Shown here in pieces: positions 13,410-26,294 of a stretch of DNA of 52,878 nt. The position numbers and the translations under genes were made by a program. Within the stretch, counting starts at the first letter, position 1; every line of letters starts with the position of its first letter. Below the pieces are notes generated by a model. The model did no database searches and was not told the DNA's origin. It saw only the letters and a program-made list of their open reading frames with translations. Source of the stretch: Octopus sinensis (Eukaryota); assembly GCF_006345805.1 (NCBI RefSeq), contig NW_021833943.1, positions 1-52,878 of the forward strand, written 5' to 3'.

Positions 13410-13410
13410 A
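13301..13410. repeat. (TTAC)n then (CTA)n compound microsatellite
   Basis: Direct reading. Confidence 0.95.
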
Positions 13411-13511
13411 CTACTACCACCACCAAAAAGCAGTAACATAGAGAAATATGATGCACCCAACGACATGTAGCACCCAACGACATGCAGCATCCACACACAC
13501 ACACGCACGCA

Positions 13512-13567
<56 letters not shown>

Positions 13568-14153
13568 AACACACACACACACACAAGAAATGTATACTCT
13601 TCGTTTGTTGATCGGTTCATGAATTGCAACTTATCAATTCATTTAGTTAACGTATATAAAAATACACGATTGAATATACAAACACATGATTGCATACACA
13701 CACACACACACACAACACACACGCACACACACGCGCACGCACACACATCTACACCTATGTACATATTACACCGAGTCTGCAATGTAAACAGACATCGTAA
13801 AATTGCTATAGTTTCTACTTCCTTTTTCTCCACCTCTCTTATTACTTTCACTTCTCTAACCGGAAATGCTTTATACCCTCCTAATCTTTCCAGTTGGCAT
13901 ATTTATTTTCATTGTACACATTCTATTAATGTCATCGTTTCCGTAATCTTTCAACGCTTTTGCAACTGTTAGTTTTGTCTACCTTCATATTTTATCTACT
14001 TGTTTCTCTTCTCCTTAACACACAATATCCCCCGTTTTACACTCACGCTCTCTCTCTCTCTCTCTCTCTCTCTCATGCACTCTCTGTCACACACATACAC
14101 ATTTACATACGTGTGTACACGCGCAGAATTTACAAACACATACATATATACTC

Positions 14154-14240
<87 letters not shown>

Positions 14241-15239
14241 ATTATAGGCACTCATGTATTTGTCAACTGAGTGGCTTTCTTAATATATTTACAATAACAA
14301 TACAATATTATGTATCCATTTCAGTTGATTTTATCAAATCTGTTTCGTAAATTATGAAAACAAAATATCACTCGTAGCACTCATCAGTAAGGCGAGTAGG
14401 GAAACTAACCGGCAGAAATGGATCTATAAATTTGCATGTATGTATGTATGTATGTATGTATGTATGTATGTATGTATGTATGTATGTATGTATGTATGTA
14501 TGTAGTATGTATGTATGTATATGTGTGTGTGTGTACGCACGTGTGTGTTTGCGTTTATGCATATGGAGCAGTCGAAAGCGTAAATCCCACACTTCAAATG
14601 CGTAAGAATAACCGGATATTTGCCTTTGACGATGGCGGCTGATTTATCTCCCGCTAGCGATATAAAGCAAGAGTGCTTATACGCACCAAAAGCCCATATA
14701 AAAGGTTCTCTCCAGGGGGCCATATTCTTCAAGTGGGGATATATATTACCTTTTGGTACTAATACTGCTTTTGTTGCTAATAATTATTTTTCAATAACTA
14801 AATATTTTTATTCGATTTGTTGCGAATTTCAATTCATCTATGTTGTATAACTAGTATAAACCTTACAACATAGCAATATTTACATTCTACATAACGCTTT
14901 TTTCATAATTTGCTGTTTCACATGCAACCCGCATTCGATTCATGTGCATTCCCAGTTAATTTTTAATTGCTTACTGAGGAAAGTAGGACGATACTCAGGA
15001 TGCCTTTTAGCACCACTGAAACCGGAAGAAGGGAGGAAGGTATTCTCAAGTCGGGAACTTACCTAGGATATTTGTCATAGAATGACCTCCACTAAAGGCG
15101 TCCAAGGTCCATGTGGAAGCGTTAAACCGGAATTTAAATCAATTACTTCTGTCGGCTGCAGTGTAACGGGAACTAATGATGTAAAGAGTCGGAACAAATG
15201 TCGTATGGCGTGATTCCGCCAAGTCCGTCACTCGAGGCC

Positions 15240-15362
15240 ACTACTTTATTTATCGACTTCAGAAAGACGAAAGGCAAAATTTAGCTCGGTGGAGTTTTAA
15301 CTCAGAATGCAAAGAACTGGATTAAATACTGCAAAGCATGTTGGTGTTGCAGCGATTCTGCC
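15240..15362 (-). mobile_element. Degenerate SINE family B
   Basis: tttatcgac...gaaaggcaaa...ttaactcagaa...gattctgcc matches the family B reverse complement. Confidence 0.65.
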
Positions 15363-17381
15363 ATTTCTGCAATTAATGACTTATGCAGTTGTTTCATCCT
15401 TTTACATTCGTTAAGTCTCACCGCGTTCGACTTTCCCTACTTTTTATCACCCGCCTTTACGGTGCCAGTAATATAAGTAAACGCTAATATAGGCAAACAT
15501 GTTCAATGGTATTTACCATTCTTCCACAAAATACTAGAGTTGTACTAATTTTAGAGATCCTTATATTTAGTTATTGATGTGTGTTAACCATTGTAAACCC
15601 CAAGTTAACTATGCTCCAAAACCTTTCAGTCAGTGACCAATCTTATTTTCAGATATAGTGTATCGGGGTTACATTATCTAATATGTCCTTTGTTCAAGAA
15701 TGTATAGCTTCAGGAACACACGTCCTTGCTGCCATTATGACATGCAATGCAATCTATATGGTGAGCATCATAGAATAGTGGTATATCTATAGTTGAGACC
15801 TTGATTTCGAAACTCACTCCGAATGTATGAATGTCACTATTCCTCATTTAGTGTCTTCTAAAAATGTTATTATCACCCTTTTACATACGAACCGATTATA
15901 ATTGTTGCATTACTTTTCTTATTTGTATCCCATTAAGGTCAGCTTTGATTTTCATCACTGCAGGCTCTACTTAACAAACATCTACTGATGATGCCATCTT
16001 GCTCTTCAGATTAAATCAATTATGGAAAAGAAAGAGAATAACTTAGGAATTATTCTTCTGCTCCAAATTTCAGATGGAACTTGTGTTGGAATACAGTTGT
16101 AGCAGTTACTTTCAGTCTTTTGTCTATCTATTTACCGCTCATTTATTCCAACAATAAGAAGAAGAACATCTGTGTCTGTCAAACGTGACCTAAGACGTGA
16201 CCTAATCCAACATATCAATCATCTGATTACAAATGATTAATGACGTCTGTTGATGCAAGCTTTGCATGGACGTTTATCACCTGTATTTTGTACGCGTCTA
16301 CTTTTGAGAAGAAATGTCATTCATGTACACTTCTTTCTGCCTTGTGCACGCACGTGCGAACGGACGTGCATTTGTGTTAGTAAGTGTGTGTATGTGAGTG
16401 TATGCAAATGTCTATGTGTGTGCTGGATCTCATTCAACGTATCAGTTATCTTTTTCATCATGATTGTAGAAGACTTTCTAATTTCAAAATAAAACAACGT
16501 GTTTGTATGATTGCTTAGGCAAGGGATTACTTCATTTAAAACCTTTTGCAAAACGGTTTTACTTCACACGTTTAAAATAGGTATCTTGTCCTTTAATATC
16601 TCAATGCCAGGCTATTGTAAGAGTGTAAGGGAAACACAGACTGATTGATGAGAAAAGTGCGTTTCCATGCTAAGATACTATTGATTTTTAAAAAAATATT
16701 TCTGCTGGCGATCTTTCTTTTATATGGCTTAACTCTAATCATGCATTCCGTTTGACTATATTATTCCTTATGAACTTCGTTATCATACACTCGATGATAT
16801 GCATCTCGAAAATTTCCAGTAAGTAGCTATGGACAGTGTCATATGCTTTTTTCACTGGTTTGAAGTTGATTCATCTCCAACTTCATTCGACTTGTTATCA
16901 ATAAAGTGTTAAACTTAATAACTCTATGCTCCTTTTCTGTTCGTCATATTGGCTTCTCATTTTATTTTGTATGCTGGTCTTTCGATATTTGCCTATTTCG
17001 GTATTTGTACTTTGTAAGAGGACATATAGTAATTCTCTAAGCATGTTGTCCTTTCTGATCTTGACGTGAATATCATGTCTTTATGTTTGCCTATCGGAGA
17101 TGTTACTAGCCATGATAATTATCATATTGATTATTTTCACAAATCATTAATGTGGAATGAATAGTTACTCGAGCTAAACGTCTTAGAATTTGTAAATCTT
17201 AGAGTACACACTATTTTCGGTTGGCCAGTGTAATCAACATTACTAAATATTCTTGGTTTTCATTTGTGGCCATTATATTTTAGATATGTTTGGTTTCATC
17301 TTCTCTCCCTATGATTCTTTGGCTATTTTTTAAACTTCATTATTAAATCTCAGAACGAGATGTAAACAGTAATCGCTCGAC

Positions 17382-17770
17382 AATGTAAAGTATAATAGCC
17401 ATCTCAATATGGCTAACCACAAAGGGGGGTGTTATTGTAGCTTTTTAGCTCCAGGAGATCATCGTCCCCAGCTGGAAATCAGTGGCAGAAGTCACTAGAA
17501 AAACTCTTATATATTTGCATACAGGCCTTTTCTTTCATCGTGATCCGGTGATTACCGCCCGTTGATAAGAGGCAATAACCTCGAAACCGCGGTCCGGTGC
17601 GTATCACTTAGGCTTACGAGAAAGGGATGGCCTCCCTTTGCAAATACCATAAGAGCCCAGATAGTGTGCCTAAAGCCAGCTGGAGACGATGATCTCCTGG
17701 GGCTAAAAAGCTACAGTAACACCCACCCTTAGTGGTTAGTCATATTGAGATGGGTATTATTCTTTACATT
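17382..17770 (+). mobile_element. Fold-back element (94-95-bp inverted arms) whose interior also pairs into a rod
   Basis: 17382-17475 is the reverse complement of 17676-17770; nested inner helices 17504-10/17649-55, 17512-19/17639-46, 17523-36/17620-33 and 17538-43/17614-19. Confidence 0.88.
17548..17607 (+). ncRNA. Type I hammerhead ribozyme, U3-A8 core variant
   Basis: Stem I GTGATTACCGCCCG/CGGTGCGTATCAC (bulged); core TTGATAA 17562-68; stem II GAGG-CAATAA-CCTC; GAAA 17583-86; palindromic stem III ACCGCGGT; GUC site with predicted cut between 17594 and 17595. Confidence 0.8.
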
Positions 17771-18843
17771 TTTAAACTTCGTGCTTTTCAAAAACGTTCA
17801 CAATTTGTTTTTCATCTGGATTTTGTATGTTTTACACCTATTGTTTATTCTTTCCTGCATTCGTAACAATTGCTTAAATTTTCAGGAATTTATGATTATT
17901 TAAGAATTTCTATAGTAACTAGGTTCTTACGAATATTTTGAGAATGTCGATTGTATTTTTTAATGGAAGAAAGAACCTTTCATTTAGGGTTGCTCTGTTT
18001 TCTTTTTATTGATTTATAATGCCGTTGGGTGTTTTATCAGATCGTTTCATCTTCATATATAGATATATAAATATATAGACACAATCACACACACACGTAC
18101 GTGCATATACAAACACATAAACGAGGGATTAAACTAATCGTGAGTTCATCTGTACTTCAAATACAGTCAATTCTCGACGCTTTCTCTTTAATGTTGTCGT
18201 GTTTTAATGTTTACAGTAACAGATGGTTAATGATTATTCAGATAATTTGCTTTTGTCTAGAATTCCTTGATCGATGCTTATATTTTCCAAGATATAACGA
18301 ATGTACTTCGTAATCGAGCATATTTTAATATTGTTTAAAATTAGACATATATCAGCCCTCAAAAGAAAGCCAAATTAATTTCATTCAGTTTCATCAATAT
18401 CGAGAATATAAACTTACTATTGAGAATCAACAACAATAATGAGAAGAATATTTTAATTAAAAATTAATCATAATGGAATGTTTAAGCGTTTTTATCTTCT
18501 TTTTCATTTGATAATGGTATCATACCTAATTACGAATATTATTATGTCAAATGTGATATCCAATTAGATAATGTAGTACCAGATTCTAACGGCATCTCAT
18601 CTCATAATAACCAGGCCTTTTATTGCTCCTCAGTTCAAAACAGAACAGACAGATCATTATGGAAACGAATGCTAGTCGGGTACTTCTCAAAACTAAATCC
18701 CCCCCACCCCTACACCCCCACATAAACACGCACGCACGCACACACATACAACGCGTGCGCACGTGGAGTGCTGTTTTTGTATATAGTATTTTTTCCATAA
18801 AACCCACCCCATTAGAGTGCATTATTATTATTATTATTATTAT

Positions 18844-21275
18844 TTAAAACTTTTTATGTGCAGCTTTGTTACAGTCACTTGCCGAGACACACCCAGTGCC
18901 CTGGGGCCGATGAAGGATAAGAGATGCTACAATATGACTGAAAGCTTGGGGAGGTAGTGAAATATCTTGTAATACAACACAGACATATAAATTGATAGGG
19001 TTTTTATAAGGTTGTGGGCAACACAATCTTTTGAATTTTTCTGAGACATAGTTTTGGGATCTTATCTAGATGTTTCTGACATACCCTTTTTTATATCTTA
19101 CCTAGGGCTCCTACAATAACAAGAACAGTTCTCGTTTTAAGATGCCAGATCTTTTGTATTTCAATTTCCAGGTCCTTAGATTTACTTAGTTTGTCAAATT
19201 CTTTGGCAGATATATTTTTTATCAGTGGGAACACTTACATCTATTAGTGTACAAGTATTCTCTTCCGTGTCTTTAATAATTATATCTGGTATATATTCCT
19301 GGATCGTTCTGTCAGTATTGATTGATTGAAAAATCCCAGAGGATAGTGACATTTTTACCTTCAACGACTGGATCAGGATAATGTTCGTACTAGTAAGCCG
19401 GAGTACTAATTTTGTAGTGTTTACATATTTTCAAATGTAAATAGTGTCTTACTCTATCGTGGCGATTTTTATATTCGTTTAGTGTCAGCACAGGACATCC
19501 GGAGACGAGATGGTTTATTGTTTCGTCAAATGTGTCGTAGAATCTGCATTTAGGGTCAGAACCTGGTACTTAGCCTGGAAGTTTTTGTGTAAGCAAGCTT
19601 TGGTCTTATGCCCCCAGTATGAAACCTTCAGTCTCTGCTTTCAGCCCGGAACATATCAGTCACTGATGGGTTGTTTGATCTACATCAGCAATTTGATATC
19701 GAAGTATATACTGTCTATACAGAGGCTTCTGGCTCCATCGCTCCTCAATTCATTTCTGCCCATTATTTTTTGCAGTCTGCTTGATCCATTTTGCTTGTTT
19801 TGTGGCAGTGGTTTCAGGTTCTTCAACTATTTCAGGGTTAATGCCAAGTTCCCTTTCGAATTTGCAAGCTTCGTTGAGAATCGAATGGGAATATTGCTGC
19901 TTTCGTGTTTGCACACAAGTTGCAGCGTCCAGTCTTCTGTACTAAATAAATACTTGTTCATTGTTATTGTGAAGGTCTTGTAGCACAGTTCTATCTCCAT
20001 TATTCCTCCTCCCCCATTACTTCTAGGTAGGTACAGACGATCAACATCTGCTTTTGGGTGATGCATGTACTTAGAAGTTAGTACTTTTCTTGTCTTCCTG
20101 TCCAGACATTGGAGCTCTGTAAGATTCCAGTTAATGATGTTAAAACTATATTGGACTACTGGAAGTGTCAGGGTGTTAATGGCTTCGATGCGATTTTCAG
20201 AGCTGAGTTCAGTTTTTAGTATGAGTCTTATTCTATTGTAATATTCTTTTCTTATTTTTCCCTTCATACTAGCATGTTGTATACCATCTCCTTCGTTTAT
20301 CCACAGGTATTTGTAATTTTCTTGTGGGTCAAGCTCCTTGATGGTAGTGTCGGTATCTAATTTAATGGAAGCTGTTTGCTTGTGCTTGCCACTTACAAAA
20401 GTTGCTTTAGCACACTTATCAAGGCCAAAGTTCATCCTGATGTCATTACTGAATTCTTTAACAGTTGTTAGTAGCCCTACTAGTTCTTCGTCAATTCTTG
20501 CAAACAGCTTCAGGTCGTCCATATAAAACAGATGGTTTATTGTCGTATTGTAAACTTTGAGTCCATACCTGGTGTTATTTAGTTCGTTTGAGAGTGGGAT
20601 CAGTGCCATGCAGAAGAGTAATGGGGAGATGGAGTCATCTTGAAAAATGCCTTGTTTGATGTTGATGTTGTTAGTTTGGCTCATCTCATTACTATGGTTT
20701 AGGAGACGTGTGTCCCACTTGGCCATGCTACATTGTAAGAATTTGGAGCTGGCAGGAGAGATCTTATATATTTCAAAATCCTGGAGTATCCTGTTATGTG
20801 GGACGTTATCAAACACTTTCCTGTAGTCTATGCATGCCATACCCAGGTTTTTCTTTTTACTCCGGTAATTCTCTACAATAATTTTACTTATGGATAGTTG
20901 ATCTTTGTACCCATAAGAATTCCGTTTACAGCTTTTTTGAGCTGGTGAAAGGATAGATCTCTATTCAAGGAAAGAGTATATTCTATCAGTTAATATGGAT
21001 GTAAGGATCTTGTAGGTGGTGTTGAGACATGTTATTGGTGAGTATTTCTTTGGAGTTTTCGTGTCTTCAGTTTTTGGTAGAAAGTATGTTGTTCCTTCAG
21101 TCAGTCAGGCAGGTATTAGCTCTGAAATTCTGGATGACATCAGTCAGAGATGCAGCTAAATTTTGGTGTACTTCTGTCAGACAATTTAGCCAGAAGTAAG
21201 GAATTCGGTCCAGTCGTGGAGTTTTCCATTTGTGAGACTTCCTAAGAACGCATCTTAGCTCTTGTGTTCCTGTTG
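18844..21275 (-). mobile_element. 5'-truncated RLE-clade non-LTR retrotransposon (R4/Dong-like): RT, CCHC and RLE domains; pseudogenised
   Basis: ORF 19827-20840: IDYRKVFDNVPH, IKQGIFQDDSISPLLF, HLFYMDDLKLF; downstream CRF...HLVSGC...RHD knuckle and LWDF...PDIIIKD...LIDVSVP...IVGALG; 3' end runs into (TAA)n at 18821-18843. Confidence 0.92.
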
Positions 21276-21765
21276 CCTCGAGTATAGTGCGCCCTTGGGT
21301 ATAATACGTAGGGGCTGTAGCTCTGAAAAACTTAAACCTTGTGTATGATACGCACCTCTTCTCTAACTTGAGTCAAGGAGGTCTATATAACGTCTTGGTT
21401 TGTAAAAATGTATACGGTAACGTCCTTTATTATTATTGCATATATATAACATAATGCAAACGTGTATCTTTTTTGTGCATTTTGTTTGCAGAAAATAAAG
21501 AAATAACAGTAATAACGTTTAATAAATGTTGCTTACCAAGTTATTTATGATTCTTTTATGACTTCATTGCTTTCAGGCTTAGCTTAAGGTATTTTCGCGC
21601 CCGACATCACAAAATGCGTCTGAATAAACATTGCCGGGCAGTAAATAGAGACTCGGGCTTTGCTTAGAAAATAATTTTCATTTTTAACCTCGTATATAGT
21701 ACGCACTAGGGATTTTGACCTTTAAATTTTGGGAAAAAATGCAGATTATACTCGAGGATTTACGG
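21276..21765. mobile_element. Second Tc2-type MITE copy with left TIR tip missing
   Basis: Homologous to 5094-5607 at both ends; right TIR TATACTCGAGGATTTACGG|TA intact; central part differs. Confidence 0.88.
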
Positions 21766-22037
21766 TATTCCCATTGGTCTGGGAAGCTCTGTAAAGGATC
21801 ATAGACAAGTCCTTCTCTCTAGACAAATAAATAAATAAATAAATAAATAAATAAAAGAAAAAATGATGCCGATTAGTTTAATGATTGCTAATAACAGTGG
21901 TAATGACGATGGTAATGGTGTTTGTATCATTGGTTATATTGATGTCGCTGATAGTTATGTTTCGTGTTGATTTCTATTGTTGGTTTTGTGGTATGATAAA
22001 GGCATAGTAGCAGATTATGAAGATCACTTTTTAAACA

Positions 22038-22432
22038 CATTGTCTCGGGTTCAGTCCCACTGCAGATCACCTTGGGCAAGTGTCTTCTGCTATAGTCACG
22101 GGCCGACTAATGCCTTGTGACTGGATTTGGTTGATGGAAACTGTGTGGAAACCCGTCGTATATGCATATGTGTATATAATACATAAATGCATACATACAT
22201 GCACACATATGTGAGTGTGTGTGTGTGTATGTGTGTGCCTTTTGGTCTGTATTTGTCTTCCTCACCCACCACTTGACAACTGATGTTAGTTTGTTTATAT
22301 CTTCATAATGTAGCTTCGGTAAAAGGGACCGAGAGAATAAGTACCAAACTTTAAAAAATAAACAAAAAAAACACACACAAGTCCTGGGTCGATTAAAATT
22401 CTTCAAGGTGGTGTCTCTGCATGACCGAGGTC
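22038..22432 (+). mobile_element. 5'-truncated CORE-type SINE (family C)
   Basis: GGGTTCAGTCCC B box, CACCTTGGGCAAGTGTCTT CORE motif, internal (TG)n; homologous to 45098-45490. Confidence 0.8.
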
Positions 22433-22445
22433 CAATTCTTTTCTA

Positions 22446-22833
22446 CTCTAGGCACAAGGCCCGAAATTTTTGGGGACGGGACCAGTCGATTGGATCGAAC
22501 TCAGTACGCAGCTGGTACTCAAATTATGAACCCCAAAAAGATGAAAGGCAAAGTCGACCTTGGCGAAATTTGAACTCAGAACATAAAAACAAACGAAATA
22601 CCTATTTCTTTACTACCCACAAGGGGCTAAACACAGAGGGGACAAACAAGGACAGACAAACGGATTAAGTCGATTATATCGACCCCAGTGCGTAACTGGT
22701 ACTTATTTAATCGACCCCGAAAAGGTGAAAGGTAAAGTCGACCTCGGTGGAATTTGAACTCAGAATGCAGCGGCGGACGAAATACCGCTAAGCATTTCGC
22801 CCGGCGTGGTAACGATTCTGCCAGATCGCCGCC
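22446..22833 (-). mobile_element. SINE family B, two body units plus terminal tail
   Basis: Reverse complement of head at 22813-22835; duplicated body joined at GAAATAG|GTATTTC. Confidence 0.9.
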
Positions 22834-22930
22834 TTAAGGTCGAGGTTCAATTACTGAAACAAGTGCAAGACAAATGCCTCGCCGACACAACTTAAAATGG
22901 TTCTTGTGATGTAGAAGATGGTGATGAGAA

Positions 22931-23307
22931 GGCGGCGAGCTGGCAGAAACGTTAGCACGCCGGGCGAAATGCTTAGCGGTATTTCGTCTGCAGCTACGTT
23001 GAGTTCAAATTCGCCGAGGTCGACTTTGCCTTAAATAAGTACCAGTTACACACTGGGGTCGATGTAATCGACTTAATCTGTTTGCCTGTCCTTGTTTGTC
23101 CCCCCTTATGGGTAGTAAATAAATAGAAATAGGTATTTCGTCTGCCGTTACGTTCTGATTCCGCCGAGGTTGACTTTGCCTTTCATACTTTCGGGTCGAT
23201 AAATAAAGTACCAGTTACGCACTGGGGTCGATGTAATCGACTTAATCCCTTTGTCTGTCCTTGTTTGTCCTCTCTGTGTTTAGACCCTTGTGGGCAGTAA
23301 AGAAATA
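22931..23307 (+). mobile_element. SINE family B, two body units, ending at GAAATA
   Basis: 15-bp TSD agaagatggtgatga at 22913-22927 and 23308-23322. Confidence 0.92.
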
Positions 23308-23702
23308 AGAAGATGGTGATGATAATGAAGACAGTGATTTTGGTAACATTACGCATGTTGATAATGGCGACGACAGTGAAAATGTTGTTGTTGTTGGTGG
23401 TGCTGACACTGGTAGTGACGGAGTTGTTTGTGAAGGAGGTCATGAGGATGGTATTGATAGAAATAGCGTTGGTGGGCGTGTTGCAAAAGATAATCTAAAA
23501 CCCAAGAACCAAGAACCTTTTCTAAGGTTAGGAACAAAATTAATGACTTCGTTCTTTTACTACACTTGCGGGAATGGACGCAAACACTTCACAAGCCACA
23601 CACTCCTCGACATGCACGCACTTATAAGGTAAACATTTCTTTCACCCTATCTCCTATCTCTCCCTCCTTTCTCTCAGAAAGTGCACGTGTTTGTATGTGA
23701 GT

Positions 23703-23734
23703 GTTTATATATATATATAATATATATATATATA

Positions 23735-23778
<44 letters not shown>

Positions 23779-23881
23779 TATATGTGTGTGTGTATGTATA
23801 TATCTATCTATATCTATATATATATATATAATATATATATATATGTATATATATATTATATATATATATATATTATATATA

Positions 23882-23920
<39 letters not shown>

Positions 23921-24322
23921 GTGTGTGTGTGTGTGTGTGTGTATGTGCGTGTGTGTGTGTGAATGTATACATATGTGCGTTCGCTCGCACGCATATAAAA
24001 TATTTACATAGAAGTATATATAGGTAAAAGCAGAGACATTGTGTATTAGAGTAAGTATAAAAAAGCGAAAGTCTGATGCGAACATATATTGAGGATGCAA
24101 CCATACAAACGTCGAACTTAAACATTTCCCGAAGTTATGTGTAGGATTTTACGTGTCAAGTCTCATAACATACTTGAGAAACATTTACATCATTTAAAAC
24201 ATCGGATACGCATTGAAGGAACATATCATGATGGTATCAAAATCACACATCACACATCAGAAACGTTAAGTTAATGGAAATTTTCAGAAAGTGGTACGTG
24301 GTACTCAATAAGGTTTCTAAAG

Positions 24323-24358
<36 letters not shown>

Positions 24359-24438
24359 GACATGTATGTGTGTGCGTGCATGTGTGTGCATGTATGTGTT
24401 TGCATACATGAATCGATGTGTGTTTATGAATATATATA

Positions 24439-24529
<91 letters not shown>

Positions 24530-24686
24530 TATGCATACACACACACATATATATAGATAAATATGTATATATATATATATATTATATTATATATATATTT
24601 ATATACATACATATATATATATATATGCATACACACACACACACACATATATATATAGACATATAAACATATATATATATATTTAT

Positions 24687-24737
<51 letters not shown>
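23703..24737. repeat. Clusters of (TA)n/(TG)n/(CA)n microsatellites
   Basis: Main tracts at about 23703-23965 and 24326-24737, with unique sequence between. Confidence 0.9.
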
Positions 24738-24738
<1 letters not shown>

Positions 24739-24998
24739 GTAACATCAATTGATCCCAAAGTTTCGGTGTAGACATGTCATATGTAATTGGTGAGCATATG
24801 TTCTCAACAAGAGTATGTTATTAAAAAATTGTTGCTATGTGATAAATATACACTTACACACACACAAACACACACACACACACACACAGTTAAATACACT
24901 TGAAATGGTGCTGGTTATGTGTGTGTATATAGTTGAAATTTACAGAAAAACAAAAGACGAAGACAGGTGTATGAACAATAAACAGGTGTATTATTTTA

Positions 24999-26085
24999 AC
25001 GTCCGGGGAAATGGAAAGTCGGGCTAGGATACGTGCAGTGGGCCGTGAAGGTATCAATGTTGCTAGATGGGTTCGTTCGGTAGAAACCCAACAGGGATTC
25101 GGTGCTACGATTGTGTCTTTGGTAGATGGGTTCGGACAAGAGATCCAAGGAGAGGAGGAGATATGCAAGGCCTTTCACAAGCACTTTGCCGCGCTGTTCG
25201 AGAGGGACAGGGCGTTGGACAATGAGGATGCCTTACGGCGTTTTCTGGCCGACGGCCCGTGTCTTTCGGCTCGTGATGCTGAGCGCTGTGAAGGATCAAT
25301 TACAGCCAAAGAGATCAGAGAGGTACTGTCTGAGTGCCCCGGGGACAAGTCGCCAGGTATGGATGGTCTTCCTTATGAATTTTATAGTAGCATGCCAGAC
25401 TTGTTTGGGAAAGTACTGGCCAGTGTGTACACGAATTGGCAGCAGAATGGGAGGATTCCTAAAGCTGTGAGCCGAGGAGTGGTGACACTGATCAGAAAGG
25501 ACCCGAGCAAGGGGGATAACGTCAATAATTTTAAGCCCATAACTCTGTTAAACAAAAGTTAAAGATTTTGGCCAAGGTGCTTGCGAAGAGAGTTAGAGTT
25601 GTCGTGGGCGACCTGGTGGGAGAAGCACAGGCATGTGCCATCCCAGGAAGGACGATACAGGACAACCTTCACCTCGTTCGCTACACCACAGAGCAGGTGG
25701 GTAAAATACATGGCAACGGTTGGGCACAGGTGAATTTAGACCAGTCTAAGGCATTCGATAGGGTTGACCACGAGCATCTGGACAAAGGGCCCGGTTAAAA
25801 TGTTCGGGGTCTGGTTTGGACCGGACCTCCAGGCGGAGAAGAACTGGAGGGAGGTGACGAGCAAGATGACAGCCATAGTCAGAAGTGATCTGGGAGGAAG
25901 TTATCCTTGTTGGGAAGGGCGGAGGTTGCATAGGTGTTCATAGTGTTTGTGATAACCTACCGTCTAACTGTCGTGCCTTGCCCCGGTTTGTGGCTGACCA
26001 AGTTGGAGCGGATCCTTTTCCACATTTTTGTGGGGAAGTTAAACTCCACTTGTGAGGCGATTTATCTGTTGCCAGAAATACTCCT
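24999..26085 (+). mobile_element. Tx1/L1-clade LINE ORF2 fragment with a large internal deletion
   Basis: KSPGMDGLPYEFY, GVVTLIRK, NFKPITLLN, KILAKVLAKR, QACAIPGRTIQDN, LDQSKAFDRVDH; jumps at about 25780 to post-RT GPVKMFGVWFG...KNW, so the YADD region is missing. Confidence 0.9.
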
Positions 26086-26092
26086 CTCTACT

Positions 26093-26294
26093 ATAGGCAC
26101 AACGCCTGAAATTTTGTGGGAGGGGGCTAGTCGATTACATCGATCTTAGTGCTCGACTAGTACTCATTTTATCGACCCCTAAAGGATGAGAGGCAAAGTC
26201 GACCTCGGCGGAATTTGAACTCAGAGCGTACAGACGGACGAAATGCCGCTAAGTACTATGCCCGACACGCTAACGATTCAGCCAGCTCTCCGCC
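26093..26294 (-). mobile_element. SINE family B, single unit with terminal tail
   Basis: Reverse complement of head, body and GGCCTTGTGCC-type tail. Confidence 0.85.
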
